DNA from: Smithella sp. | GTDB lineage: Bacteria > Desulfobacterota > Syntrophia > Syntrophales > Smithellaceae | Assembly: GCA_052139735.1 (NCBI GenBank) | Contig: JBKQWB010000050.1 | Location: 8,337-72,336 of the forward strand | Length of the DNA: 64,000 nt | Direction: 5' to 3' | In this document: in pieces, positions 1 through 9,165 of the stretch | How the letters are laid out: each line of letters opens with the position of its first letter | How positions within the stretch are numbered: position 1 is the first letter of the stretch | Position numbers and translations under genes: made by a program | Notes under the pieces: generated by a model | The model's database searches: none | Told to the model about the DNA's origin: nothing | Seen by the model: the letters and a program-made list of their open reading frames with translations, nothing else

Positions 1-437
1 CGTGGTTTTACATCCGCCCACATGATTAAGGCATCTTCACAAGTGTCTGTGTAATAAAGAGGCCGTACCCCTTTTACTACAAAACCGCATTTGCGGTAAA
101 GCTTTATTGCTTCGGTGTTTGATTCCCTGACTTCCAATGTCTGTGATGTAATCTTGTTAACACCTGCGATTTCTTTCATAGCTTCCATAAGCCCGAAAGC
201 AAGACCCTGGCTTCTATATTCTTTTTTCACCGCCAGATTGTGCAGATGAGCTTCATCGGCAACCAGCCAGAAGATAATGTACGCACCGACAACGCTTTTG
301 CTTCCAAAATTTATCCGCACGCAAAGACACATGGAATGAGCGCTGTCAATTTCTTTTGCAAACATGCCCGCCGTCCAGGGCGACGCAAATGATTCCCTCT
401 CGATTACCATTATTTCCGGCAGATCAGCTTTATTCAT
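1..437 (-). CDS. rimI: Ribosomal-protein-alanine N-acetyltransferase (RimI-type GNAT); 3' end runs off the window
   Basis: Absent from the ORF track because the window edge truncates it. The reverse complement from the ATG at 437 reads MNKADLPEIMVIERESFASPWTAGMF...AHLHNLAVKKEYRSQGLAFGLM...LEVRESNTEAIKLYRKCGFVVKGVRPLYY, a RimI/GNAT pattern with the acetyl-CoA loop R-x-x-G-x-A. Confidence 0.75.
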   Translation of the reverse strand, partial: MNKADLPEIMVIERESFASPWTAGMFAKEIDSAHSMCLCVRINFGSKSVVGAYIIFWLVADEAHLHNLAVKKEYRSQGLAFGLMEAMKEIAGVNKITSQTLEVRESNTEAIKLYRKCGFVVKGVRPLYYTDTCEDALIMWADVKP

Positions 438-468
438 CAGATCAATTGTCACCTGCGGGAAAACTTTT

Positions 469-1164
469 TTAGAAGACATGGAAAATTTCCAAAAATAAGG
501 CCAAAACTAAAAATATCGCGCAAAAAACAGGAATCGCTCTCCGGAGTTTTAGCATGCTGATGGCCACCGCAATCCCCAATAATGGCAGAAAATAATATGT
601 AAAAGAAAGAGCCTTCAGGATAGTCGCGTCAAATTTAGGATACGCCCAGATTACAGAAGGAATAAAGATCGCCTGAAAGGCTAAAAGAAAAACGAAATAA
701 AATAAAAATACTTTAATTAACCCTGAATAATTTTTTCGTTCTATGGCCCGGATGTTATTTTCTTTCGCGTCTTCCAAAGCTCTGTCGGAGACGACATCAT
801 TGGATTTAATAATGAAAATATCCATTTGCCTGGCGAAAACGCCGCAGGGAAGAGCCATGAGGACAGAAAGTGAAATTAATTCCGGCGACACGCCTCCTGA
901 TTTTGAGCCCGCGATGATGGCAGTCGAAGTCGCCAAAACAGCCGCCAGGGAATCGTTGGGAGGAATATAAGTTCCCAGCGGCAGGCGATCAATCCAAATG
1001 AGTTCAACAATTGCCCCGATGATCAATCCCGCATAAAGATTATGTAAAAGCAGCCCTATAATCGGAGCGATTACAACAGGTCTGGAGATCATGGCTTGAA
1101 TAAAGACACGATCCAGGCACAGCAGGCTGCCGAAAAAAGATACTAAAATAATGTCAGCAAACAA
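469..1164 (-). CDS. PTS mannose/fructose/sorbose-family EIIC-like membrane component
   Basis: 231-aa polytopic membrane ORF with a TTG start. The N-terminus LCLDRVFIQAMISRPVV...GLIIGAIVELIWIDRLPLG resembles ManY-type EIIC. It lies downstream of EIIA/EIIB-Man genes on the same strand. Confidence 0.65.
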   Translation of the reverse strand: MFADIILVSFFGSLLCLDRVFIQAMISRPVVIAPIIGLLLHNLYAGLIIGAIVELIWIDRLPLGTYIPPNDSLAAVLATSTAIIAGSKSGGVSPELISLSVLMALPCGVFARQMDIFIIKSNDVVSDRALEDAKENNIRAIERKNYSGLIKVFLFYFVFLLAFQAIFIPSVIWAYPKFDATILKALSFTYYFLPLLGIAVAISMLKLRRAIPVFCAIFLVLALFLEIFHVF

Positions 1165-1299
1165 TTTATAAACCTTGATGATTTAGGCAAAACGATTTGT
1201 TCTAAACTCACGCCGCAAAGCAATCCGCAGGGAATACATTTTGAAGGGACAAGACGCGCAGGATTTGACGATGAAATGTTCGCGGTCATATGAATTTCT

Positions 1300-1812
1300 C
1301 TATTTTTTTATCTTCCAGTAATTCTTAAGAGCTTCTTTAATGTTAACAGCCCTTTCTTTCGGCACCCTCTGCAGTTCAACAAAAACGCCTGTTTCTTTCA
1401 GCAGGTCTTCAAGATTTTTAAGTTCTTCATCACATAAAAAAACGGACGTGGAACAACAAATCTTGAATTCATTATTATAAATATTGCCTATATTTAATCT
1501 ATCAAAACGAAATCCCCGCGCAAAAGCATCGCACGCGTCGGCAACACAGCTAAACAACACTATCGTATTTTTTCCACTGCCGTGAGTGTAAGAATAATTC
1601 TGGACAAAATCCTCCACCGAACTGATAATTACTTCGATCTCGCTAGGCACGGCCATTCTGATTACTGTCTCAAAGAAAGAATCGGCGGCAACTTTGTCAT
1701 TAACAACAATAATGCATTTCGCCTTAATAAAGGGCACCCATGCTTCTAATATTTGACCATGGACAAGTCTGCTGTCAACTCGAACTAATGCTATATTTAA
1801 ATCTTTTGCCAA
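1300..1812 (-). CDS. PTS mannose/sorbose-family EIIB component
   Basis: 170 aa. VRVDSRLVHGQ matches the phospho-histidine loop of Man-family EIIB. Confidence 0.75.
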   Translation of the reverse strand: MAKDLNIALVRVDSRLVHGQILEAWVPFIKAKCIIVVNDKVAADSFFETVIRMAVPSEIEVIISSVEDFVQNYSYTHGSGKNTIVLFSCVADACDAFARGFRFDRLNIGNIYNNEFKICCSTSVFLCDEELKNLEDLLKETGVFVELQRVPKERAVNIKEALKNYWKIKK

Positions 1813-1820
1813 GTAATCGC

Positions 1821-2228
1821 CTATTTAGCTTTCTTGTTTAAAATTTCGCTGGCCAACAAAATATTTTTTTCGCCGTAATTTTTAATAAGGCTGGCAAATT
1901 CCTTCAAAGTCATATCTTGTTTAGCTTCCGACAATTTGAGCACCATGGGTAAATTAACTCCGGTAAGAACTTCAACTTTTCCTTCTTTTATAAAAGAAAG
2001 TGAAATGTTGGAAGGCGTCCCTCCAAAAAGATCCGTCAAAATCAAAACGCCTTTACCCTTATCCAGTTTTTTTATGGCCGTGCTGATTTCTTTTTTTACA
2101 TCTTCAACATCTTTCGTCTGGTCGATGCAAATATGCATCGTATCTTCCAAAGGTCCCTTAATCAGCTCTGCGGATTTTATTAATTCATCTCCCAGATTGC
2201 CATGCGTAGTAATAAGCGTACCTATCAT
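1821..2228 (-). CDS. PTS mannose-family EIIA component
   Basis: 135 aa. The N-terminus MIGTLITTHGNLG has the conserved His near residue 9, typical of EIIA-Man. Confidence 0.75.
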   Translation of the reverse strand: MIGTLITTHGNLGDELIKSAELIKGPLEDTMHICIDQTKDVEDVKKEISTAIKKLDKGKGVLILTDLFGGTPSNISLSFIKEGKVEVLTGVNLPMVLKLSEAKQDMTLKEFASLIKNYGEKNILLASEILNKKAK

Positions 2229-2541
2229 TATTCCCCCCCCCCTTTTAAACGCATTTGGGGCAATTATGCCGCCCTTGCCTCTGCCTTTAAATTTAAGTAG
2301 GTAAGCTAATGGATTGCACCATAATTGTCAAGATTTATGGAAAGATTAATTAAATTAATTTTTAAGCAGTTCATTCCTTTCAACCCGCTGTATTAAAACA
2401 GTTATCTCCTGGATTCACGTTCAAGCGGATACTTGAAATATTTGATGTCCGCTATTGACGGATGTATTCATGTGTACTTTACAATCGAAATCCCGGCAAC
2501 AGGCGTTAAATCCATCATGGGAGAGGAATTTTCTTCACGAA

Positions 2542-2574
2542 AGCATCCTGCCAGCATCCTGCCAGCATCCTACC
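2542..2574 (+). repeat. 11-bp tandem repeat, 3 copies (AGCATCCTGCC, AGCATCCTGCC, AGCATCCTACC), in the intergenic region between the PTS operon and recD
   Basis: Read directly from the sequence; no ORF of 60 aa or more covers it. Confidence 0.9.
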
Positions 2575-2663
2575 GGACAGGGTATAAATATTCATTTTGA
2601 CTGAAAAAAAAAGTTTCGTATCCGAAATATTTTTTTAATGCGTCTTTATTTGTCATACGTCTG

Positions 2664-4508
2664 TCATGCGTCGGCCGCAATCCGCAGAGCATCGGTGAGT
2701 CCCGATTGACGGGAAATGCGTCTGGAAATCGCCTTATTCAACAAATCTTCACCAGCCCATATATCCACATCTTCGCCGGCACGCGTAATTCCTGTATAAA
2801 TAAGTTCTCTCGTTATAAACGAGACATCGCGGCCGGATAAAACGAGCAGGACTTTTTTAAATTCCGATCCCTGACTTTTATGGACAGTCATAGCCCAGGC
2901 AGTTTCATATTGAGGCAAGCCTGACGGTAAATATTTTCTCACCGTATTTTGCTCGTCAAGGAAAAATACCCGCAACTGATTATTTTCTTCAGGGTCCTTC
3001 AGGACAATGCCTACATCGCCGTTAAATAAACGCAACCGGTAATCATTTTGCAAAATCATAACCGGCATTCCCTCATAAAAATTTTCCCGCGATTTAATGA
3101 GTCCGGCATCCCTGAGAACTTTCTCCACATAAAAATTTATTCTTTCCATACCCCAGCTTCCCACGCGCAAAGCGCATAGAATACGGAATTTATCGAAAAT
3201 ATTAAAAATATTTTCCGGAATAACTTCACCGGAAGTTGCCGCTTCCATGTACTGCCTGTAATTTTCAACAACGACTTCGCCAAAATGTTTCAATAATTTT
3301 ACGCTTTCGGTTATTTCTGTCCAATGAATATCTGTATATTTTCCCGAGCGCAGCAATTCCAGTGATTCCTGAGGCTTGCCGTTTTTAACATCCTGACTCA
3401 AAAGGCCAATGCCGCCATTCTCCGGGAAGCGGTAATTTTTTTGCAGGTAAATAATATTATCCTGAATTCCCGCGGATAATTTACCGGATTGAACCTCTTC
3501 ACCGGATAAAGAAGCAATCTGCCGGGCAAATTCAGGAGAAAAAATGCCGGGAGAGCCGTGAGAGCAAATATCACCTAAAACGACTCCGGCTTCAACCGAC
3601 GCTAACTGATCTTTATCTCCCAGTAAAATTAAACAGGCCCCCGAAGGCAAGGCGGTAATCAATTTTGCCAGAAGAGGCAAATCCACCATCGAGGCCTCAT
3701 CGATTACAACAAGGTCATAAGGCAAATGATTTTTTCTATTGAACCGGAAATAAGGCGAATTACTGATAGAACCCAAAAGCCGATGAATTGTTTGCGCCGT
3801 ACAGGGTATCATCTCTTTGACCGACGCTGGACAATTTAATTTTTCCTTCATTTTATTGACCGATTCCTGCAGGCGCGCGGCAGCCTTTCCGGTAGGCGCA
3901 GTCAGAGCAATCCGCAAAGGTCGGCCGCCGGCATCCAGAACCAAAGCCATAATTTTTGTAATTGCCGTTGTTTTTCCTGTCCCCGGACTGCCGCTGATCA
4001 CAAGAAAATTTTTCAACAGTGCGGCAACGGCGGCAACTTTCTGCCAGTTGGTCTTCCCTTCGGAATTTTCATTAAAATACAGTTGCAATTTTTTTTGAAG
4101 TTCGGATTTATCCGATTTTATTTCATGATTGCCGGAAATGCGAAGCGTAATATATTCAGCTACATCTTTTTCATATTGCCAGTAGCGCTGCAAATAAAGG
4201 CGTCCGTTTTCGTCCAGGATTAAAGGCTTAAAATCACCGGGCTCTCCCACGCAGGGCGATGATTTCAGAGAAGCAAGCCATGACTGCAATGGCGGACATT
4301 CTATGATGTTTTCCCCGTCTTCACTTCTAAATACAATTTTCCCGGCATGATCGTTTAGATCAAGAAAGATATGTCCTTCTCTTACGCATCTGCTGACCAG
4401 CGAAGCCGCCAGAAACAATTCTTCCCTGTTCGCCTGACTGAAAGATGAAATAAAATTTCCGAAATGATTATCTATCGGGGAAAAAAATTTATTAAAAGTA
4501 TTTTCCAT
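2664..4508 (-). CDS. recD: Exodeoxyribonuclease V alpha subunit (RecD-type SF1 helicase)
   Basis: 614 aa. Walker A GSPGTGKTT, Walker B VVIDEASMVD, and C-terminal TVHKSQGSE plus YTGITRA motifs of the RecD family. Confidence 0.85.
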   Translation of the reverse strand: MENTFNKFFSPIDNHFGNFISSFSQANREELFLAASLVSRCVREGHIFLDLNDHAGKIVFRSEDGENIIECPPLQSWLASLKSSPCVGEPGDFKPLILDENGRLYLQRYWQYEKDVAEYITLRISGNHEIKSDKSELQKKLQLYFNENSEGKTNWQKVAAVAALLKNFLVISGSPGTGKTTAITKIMALVLDAGGRPLRIALTAPTGKAAARLQESVNKMKEKLNCPASVKEMIPCTAQTIHRLLGSISNSPYFRFNRKNHLPYDLVVIDEASMVDLPLLAKLITALPSGACLILLGDKDQLASVEAGVVLGDICSHGSPGIFSPEFARQIASLSGEEVQSGKLSAGIQDNIIYLQKNYRFPENGGIGLLSQDVKNGKPQESLELLRSGKYTDIHWTEITESVKLLKHFGEVVVENYRQYMEAATSGEVIPENIFNIFDKFRILCALRVGSWGMERINFYVEKVLRDAGLIKSRENFYEGMPVMILQNDYRLRLFNGDVGIVLKDPEENNQLRVFFLDEQNTVRKYLPSGLPQYETAWAMTVHKSQGSEFKKVLLVLSGRDVSFITRELIYTGITRAGEDVDIWAGEDLLNKAISRRISRQSGLTDALRIAADA

Positions 4509-4605
4509 ATTCTTTTTAATGATGCCAGACAGCCTTTAAAGGATAATGCGACGGCGATGTGGAGGCTCCGCAGCCGTATATAAACAGATTATAACATTAC
4601 CGCCT

Positions 4606-5745
4606 TTATTTATTTTCTAAATCATTTAATTCCATTTTCAGGGACAGCAGCGCAAGCATGTCCTTCAAGGAAATAATGCCCTCTAACTGATCCCCACTAA
4701 CAACCAGCAAACGGCTATTACCTGTGCGATTCATGATCTCCAATGCTTTATTGGCATCTTCCTCCGGTCCAATTGTTGTTTCTTCATTACAGGGCAGAGC
4801 AACCGCTCCTACCGTGTTTCGCGTCCATTCTTCCCGGGGAATTGATGCTATCTGTTTCACAAAAATGCAGCCTGTTAACCTGCCAAAAGAAAGCACAGGG
4901 TACGCCTGGAAATGGTGCACATACACATAGTCTCTGATAAATTCTTCCAGTGATATAGAACGCGGCACGGTCACAGGATTTTTAACCATCAGATCTTTTA
5001 CTTTTTTTGTATCAAAAAGACTGTGAACTAAAAGCTTCTTATAGGAAATCTGCGCTGCCGAGCGGACAAACAGGCCTATTAAAAACCACCATAAACCATT
5101 CACATAATTTCCCCTGACTATATAAATGATTCCCATAATAATTAATAGAAGTCCAAAACCGGAACCCATCTGCGCGGATACATCAGTTGACCAGCGTAAA
5201 TCTTTTTTCCATTTCCACAGCGCCGACCGCAATATTCTTCCGCCATCCAGAGGAAAAGCCGGAATCAAATTAAAAGCCGCCAGAATAATGTTTGACCAGG
5301 TCAAATAATCTAAAACACCATTGACAGCCATCGGCCAGCCGCTTTTTTCTCCAAAATTGCGTAGTAAAAAAAAGAAAAAACTGAGGACACAACTGGCAAG
5401 CGGACCGACAATCGCAATCATAAATTCAGCTTTGGGATGAGGAGGCTCGTTTTCCATCTGAGCAACGCCGCCAAAAATAAAGAGCGTTATTCCTTTTATG
5501 GATAGCCCGTAATGTCTGGCCATCAGAGAATGAGTCAATTCATGAATAATAATTGATGCAAAAAGTCCGGCCGCGCCGGCCGCGCCCATCCACCAGTAAG
5601 CTTCAGGGGAAAGGCTTTTATAATATTCAGGAAAAAGGCCGCTGGCCAATGTCCAGGTTAGTAAAGCCGCCAGAAGCAACCAACTTATGTCAACTTTTAT
5701 TTCAAATCCAAATACTTTAAAAAGACTTGCCGTCCGGCCAAACAT
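4606..5745 (-). CDS. Site-2 protease family (M50) zinc metalloprotease with a C-terminal CBS pair
   Basis: 379 aa. HELTH (HExxH) lies in a TM helix, followed by NLIPAFPLDGGRI (LDG motif) and a CBS-like tail (VTVPRSISLEEF..., LEGIISLKDM). Confidence 0.8.
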   Translation of the reverse strand: MFGRTASLFKVFGFEIKVDISWLLLAALLTWTLASGLFPEYYKSLSPEAYWWMGAAGAAGLFASIIIHELTHSLMARHYGLSIKGITLFIFGGVAQMENEPPHPKAEFMIAIVGPLASCVLSFFFFLLRNFGEKSGWPMAVNGVLDYLTWSNIILAAFNLIPAFPLDGGRILRSALWKWKKDLRWSTDVSAQMGSGFGLLLIIMGIIYIVRGNYVNGLWWFLIGLFVRSAAQISYKKLLVHSLFDTKKVKDLMVKNPVTVPRSISLEEFIRDYVYVHHFQAYPVLSFGRLTGCIFVKQIASIPREEWTRNTVGAVALPCNEETTIGPEEDANKALEIMNRTGNSRLLVVSGDQLEGIISLKDMLALLSLKMELNDLENK

Positions 5746-6074
5746 AAATTCTCCTGATAACTGTTTTTTATTATATTATAAGTATTGCACAATGAAAATC
5801 AATAATTTCAATAACAAATTATGTAAAGAAAGTTTACTAAAATAAAAAGTGTGGCATATTGAGAAAATAATTGACGATCATTAAGGTTTCAAGTTATTTT
5901 TTATTTTATTTTTGATAAGTTTCTCAATGTCTCACCGGAAAAACTGTATATTCCTGATAGGGAAAGAATTTGATCATTTATATAATTCATGTTATTATAA
6001 TTTTGTAAAGGTTCTTGCACGAAAAACAAAGAAATATAAATATTTTTTTAAATATTTATTCTGAGGAGACAATC

Positions 6075-6548
6075 ATGAAAAAGGTTCTTGTATTATTTGT
6101 ATTGTTATCGGCCTTTCTTTGTCAAACGGCAATGGCCGATCTTTATAAGTGGACAGATGAAAAAGGAGAAGTCCAGATTACAGATTATCCGCCTCCTGAG
6201 AACAAAAATATAAAAAATGTCCAGATTTATAAAGCCCCGTCAGAAAATCTTATAAATTCACAAAATGATGCCGATCAGAAATCATCGTCGATAGATAAAG
6301 CCGGGAAAGAAAAAGATGTTGTTCTCTATACAAAGAACGATTGCATGGATTGCGATAAGGCACGGGAATATTTAAAATCCAAAAATGTCCCCTTTACTGA
6401 ATATAATATGGATACGGATAAAAACGCGGCCATCCAAAGAAAAAAAATAGATGATAGTGAAGATGTTCCTTTTGCTATCATCAATAAAAATCAAGTATTT
6501 GGATTCACGGAAAGTATTTATAACAAAGTATTGAAACAGAATCCCTGA
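6075..6548 (+). CDS. Secreted DUF4124-like / glutaredoxin-like fusion protein
   Basis: ATG at 6075 has a GAGGAG RBS 7 nt upstream. Signal peptide MKKVLVLFVLLSAFLCQTAMA, then DLYKWTDEKGEVQITDYPP (DUF4124-like), then VVLYTKNDCMDCDKAREYLKSKNVPFTEYN (glutaredoxin CxxC fold). Confidence 0.6.
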   Translation: MKKVLVLFVLLSAFLCQTAMADLYKWTDEKGEVQITDYPPPENKNIKNVQIYKAPSENLINSQNDADQKSSSIDKAGKEKDVVLYTKNDCMDCDKAREYLKSKNVPFTEYNMDTDKNAAIQRKKIDDSEDVPFAIINKNQVFGFTESIYNKVLKQNP

Positions 6549-6557
6549 TTGATATAA

Positions 6558-7355
6558 ATGGAAACTGCAATTTATTACTATACGGGAACGGGGAATTCTC
6601 TTTGGACGGCAAATAAACTATCCGAAGCCCTTAAAAATACCGAGCTCATACCGGTAACACTCGCCGGCAAGGACAGGATTAATCCTGATTCACAAAACGT
6701 TGGTTTTATCTTTCCTGTTCACATTTGGGGAGTACCTTCACGGGTTGTCGATTTTTTAAATCGATTGGAAGCCGACTCCACGAAATACTATTTCGCGGTT
6801 GCCGTTAACGCCGGTCAGGTTGCCGCTACTTTGATTCAATTGAAAAATCTGCTGCAGGAAAAGAACATAAAACTATCTTCAGGATTTTCTGTCAGTATGC
6901 CCAGCAACTATATCCCCTGGGGCGGCGCGATTGCACAAGAACAGCAACAGAAAAAATTCAATGAAGCGTTGGATAAAATCGGCCGTATCGCCTCCTCTAT
7001 CCGCGCTAAAGAAGAAAAAGCGCCTGAAAAAGGACCCGCCTGGCAGAATATTTTCTTTTCAGCGATGTATCGCGTATCCCGATCTCACGTTCCCCAAATG
7101 GATAAATCGTTTTCGGCAGACGAGAAATGCACGGGCTGCGGAATCTGCGAAAAAATCTGTCCCGCGCTCAATATATTGTTAATCGACGGGAAACCGGCAT
7201 GGCAGCATCATTGCGAACAATGTTTTGCCTGCCTCCAGTGGTGCCCTGAAGAGGCTATTCAATACGGCAGGAACACCGCAAAGAAAAAACGCTATCACCA
7301 TCCCGAAATAACATTAAAAGATATGCTGGCGTGCGTTTCCCAAAAGAAAAAATGA
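6558..7355 (+). CDS. Flavodoxin-like / 2x[4Fe-4S] ferredoxin-domain protein (EFR1-type)
   Basis: 265 aa. N-terminal YYYTGTGNSLW flavodoxin-like loop; C-terminal CTGCGICEKICP and CEQCFACLQWCP cluster motifs. Confidence 0.65.
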   Translation: METAIYYYTGTGNSLWTANKLSEALKNTELIPVTLAGKDRINPDSQNVGFIFPVHIWGVPSRVVDFLNRLEADSTKYYFAVAVNAGQVAATLIQLKNLLQEKNIKLSSGFSVSMPSNYIPWGGAIAQEQQQKKFNEALDKIGRIASSIRAKEEKAPEKGPAWQNIFFSAMYRVSRSHVPQMDKSFSADEKCTGCGICEKICPALNILLIDGKPAWQHHCEQCFACLQWCPEEAIQYGRNTAKKKRYHHPEITLKDMLACVSQKKK

Positions 7356-7453
7356 AATTTTAGTTTTTTCCCTGAAAAACTTTAAGAGCCTCGTCCCGCT
7401 TGCCCCGGCCTCGTCCCAATAGACAATTATGCCCATAGAAAGATTTCTGTATT

Positions 7454-8035
7454 TCACGCCTTGAGAATGTAATCAAAAAGAAACTGCTCATTCACTTCAA
7501 GCGGCCTGATGCTTTTCTCTACTTTCATACTCATAATTGCGCCTTCCCAACTGTTAAAGATATAGAGTGCAGTCTTATTTACATCCATGGACTTTGACAG
7601 ATGGCCCGATTCCTGAGCTTCGCGAAGAACATCGGAAAAATACTTGACTATAATGCCGGCGGTTTTTTTAAGTTTTGTCTGGAATACAGGACTCGTGTCG
7701 CCCATCTCCTGAGCGAAGTTGCCGATCGGACATCCCAAAGTATAATTATTAGACCGGAAAGCTTTATTGAAGGATTTGTTCAAGAGTCGTATCCTTTCAA
7801 GAGGGGGAACAGATTTATCACACAAATACTTGGCAAAAATTTTGTTATAGAACTCCATATAGTAATCGATGACAAGCAAGCCGAAGTCTTCCTTATTCTT
7901 AAAATAATTATAGAATGAACCTTTGGGCAGCCCTGCCTTATCGAGTATTTCCTGAACGCCTGTGTCATTGTAGCCCTTAAGATGCATAAGTTTAGCGCCT
8001 ACGGCAATAAGTTCCTGTTTCTTGTCTGTCTTCAT
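7454..8035 (-). CDS. TetR/AcrR-family transcriptional regulator
   Basis: N-terminal HTH TGVQEILDKAGLPKGSFYNYFKNKEDF. ATG at 8035 with a GGTGA RBS is preferred over the track TTG at 8044. Confidence 0.85.
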   Translation of the reverse strand: MKTDKKQELIAVGAKLMHLKGYNDTGVQEILDKAGLPKGSFYNYFKNKEDFGLLVIDYYMEFYNKIFAKYLCDKSVPPLERIRLLNKSFNKAFRSNNYTLGCPIGNFAQEMGDTSPVFQTKLKKTAGIIVKYFSDVLREAQESGHLSKSMDVNKTALYIFNSWEGAIMSMKVEKSIRPLEVNEQFLFDYILKA

Positions 8036-8202
8036 AAAAATCAATCACCTTTATACTTATGAGTAAATAGAACGGCCTGACGGGTCATGTCAAGCATTTT
8101 TACCTGTAACAATATTTTGGGGATTATAATTATCCTGTTATTTGCGATTCTAAAAATTTCCCGCGAGGCAAAAGTTCTACGCTGTACCGGAAGAAAAAAT
8201 GC

Positions 8203-8231
8203 TTGACAAAATAAATAGACCGGTCTATTTT
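8203..8231 (+). promoter_or_regulatory. Sigma70-like promoter (TTGACA-N17-TATTTT) overlapped by a perfect 18-bp palindrome AAATAGACCGGTCTATTT (8213-8230); candidate TetR operator
   Basis: Read directly. It lies in the divergent region between the TetR gene and the 8339 operon, with the palindrome covering the spacer and -10. Confidence 0.5.
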
Positions 8232-8338
8232 CTTCATCATGAAAAACAGAGTTTTGTTTTCGTTAAAAAAGAACAATGAACAGGCCACTGATTGAACAAA
8301 TTCAACCTTTGAACACCGGAAAAGAACGGAGATAAGCC

Positions 8339-9139
8339 ATGAATAATGAAGAGAAAGAAAAGATAAAGGAATTTGCGTTAAACCTTGGCGTAGAGGATGT
8401 TGGTTTCGGGGCAGTATCCGATTATACAAGTCCTTTGTCACCAAAGGTCGAGACCATCTTTCCCAGGGCAAAGAGTATGGTCGTCCTGGCCTTCAAAGAG
8501 TTATCCAACTGTGAATGTGAAAATCCGAGGATTGCCATGGATGGCAGAATCGATTCCATGGAATTCGCCAGATCATGCGTCTATAAGGTTTCGCGTTTTA
8601 TTGAAAAGAAGTTTGATACCAAAGCTATGTCCACACCATTGTCATATCCTTTGGACATGAAACCGGAAAAAAGGTTCGGCCTGGTGGCTGAATTCTCTCA
8701 ACGACACGCGGCAGTCGCGGCCGGGTTGGGAAATTTTGGACGGAACAATCTTGTAATCCATCCGCGATTAGGCCCACAGGTAATATTTTGCACAATTTTG
8801 ACCGAACTTGAAATGACTCCTGATCCCCCGATCACTGAAGAGCTATGTATTCATTGCAATATCTGTGTCGAAAATTGCCCCGGAAGAGCGCTCGACGAAG
8901 AGGGGAAAACTGACGAATTCAAGTGCCTGAAACATTCACAGCCATATTCTCTGGGACGCAACATCAGGTTTTGGACAAAATTCATAGACAGTAATCCCGC
9001 CGAGCAAAAAAAGTTGCTCTTCAGTCCGGAATATATGAACTTGTATCAGGCGGCGTTTATAGGTTTTGAATATCATTGTTTCAAGTGTTACGTGTCGTGC
9101 CCGGTCGGCAAAAAAAAGGATGAACGTGTCGCCTGCTAA
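8339..9139 (+). CDS. 4Fe-4S cluster protein, epoxyqueuosine-reductase (QueG)-like
   Basis: 266 aa. CIHCNICVENCP and CFKCYVSCP motifs; the overall layout resembles QueG/reductive-dehalogenase-related Fe-S proteins. The family assignment is tentative. Confidence 0.5.
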   Translation: MNNEEKEKIKEFALNLGVEDVGFGAVSDYTSPLSPKVETIFPRAKSMVVLAFKELSNCECENPRIAMDGRIDSMEFARSCVYKVSRFIEKKFDTKAMSTPLSYPLDMKPEKRFGLVAEFSQRHAAVAAGLGNFGRNNLVIHPRLGPQVIFCTILTELEMTPDPPITEELCIHCNICVENCPGRALDEEGKTDEFKCLKHSQPYSLGRNIRFWTKFIDSNPAEQKKLLFSPEYMNLYQAAFIGFEYHCFKCYVSCPVGKKKDERVAC

Positions 9140-9165
9140 AATAAAATATTTAAAAAGGAGCCTTT

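Noticed and set aside
1165-1299. 47-codon minus-strand ORF (MTANISSSNPARLVPSKC...) in the gap between the EIIB and EIIC genes
   Set aside because: It is too short, has no RBS or motif support, and is in a different frame from EIIC.
2229-2400. Sigma54-type (TGGCAC-N5-TTGC) promoter upstream of the PTS genes
   Set aside because: There is no acceptable match on the minus strand, only a lone TTGACA-like hexamer with a poor -10.
8130-8471. 113-aa minus-strand ORF spanning the TetR/QueG-like divergent promoter region
   Set aside because: It overlaps the promoter/operator and the 5' end of the plus-strand gene, and the sequence is low-complexity with no motif.
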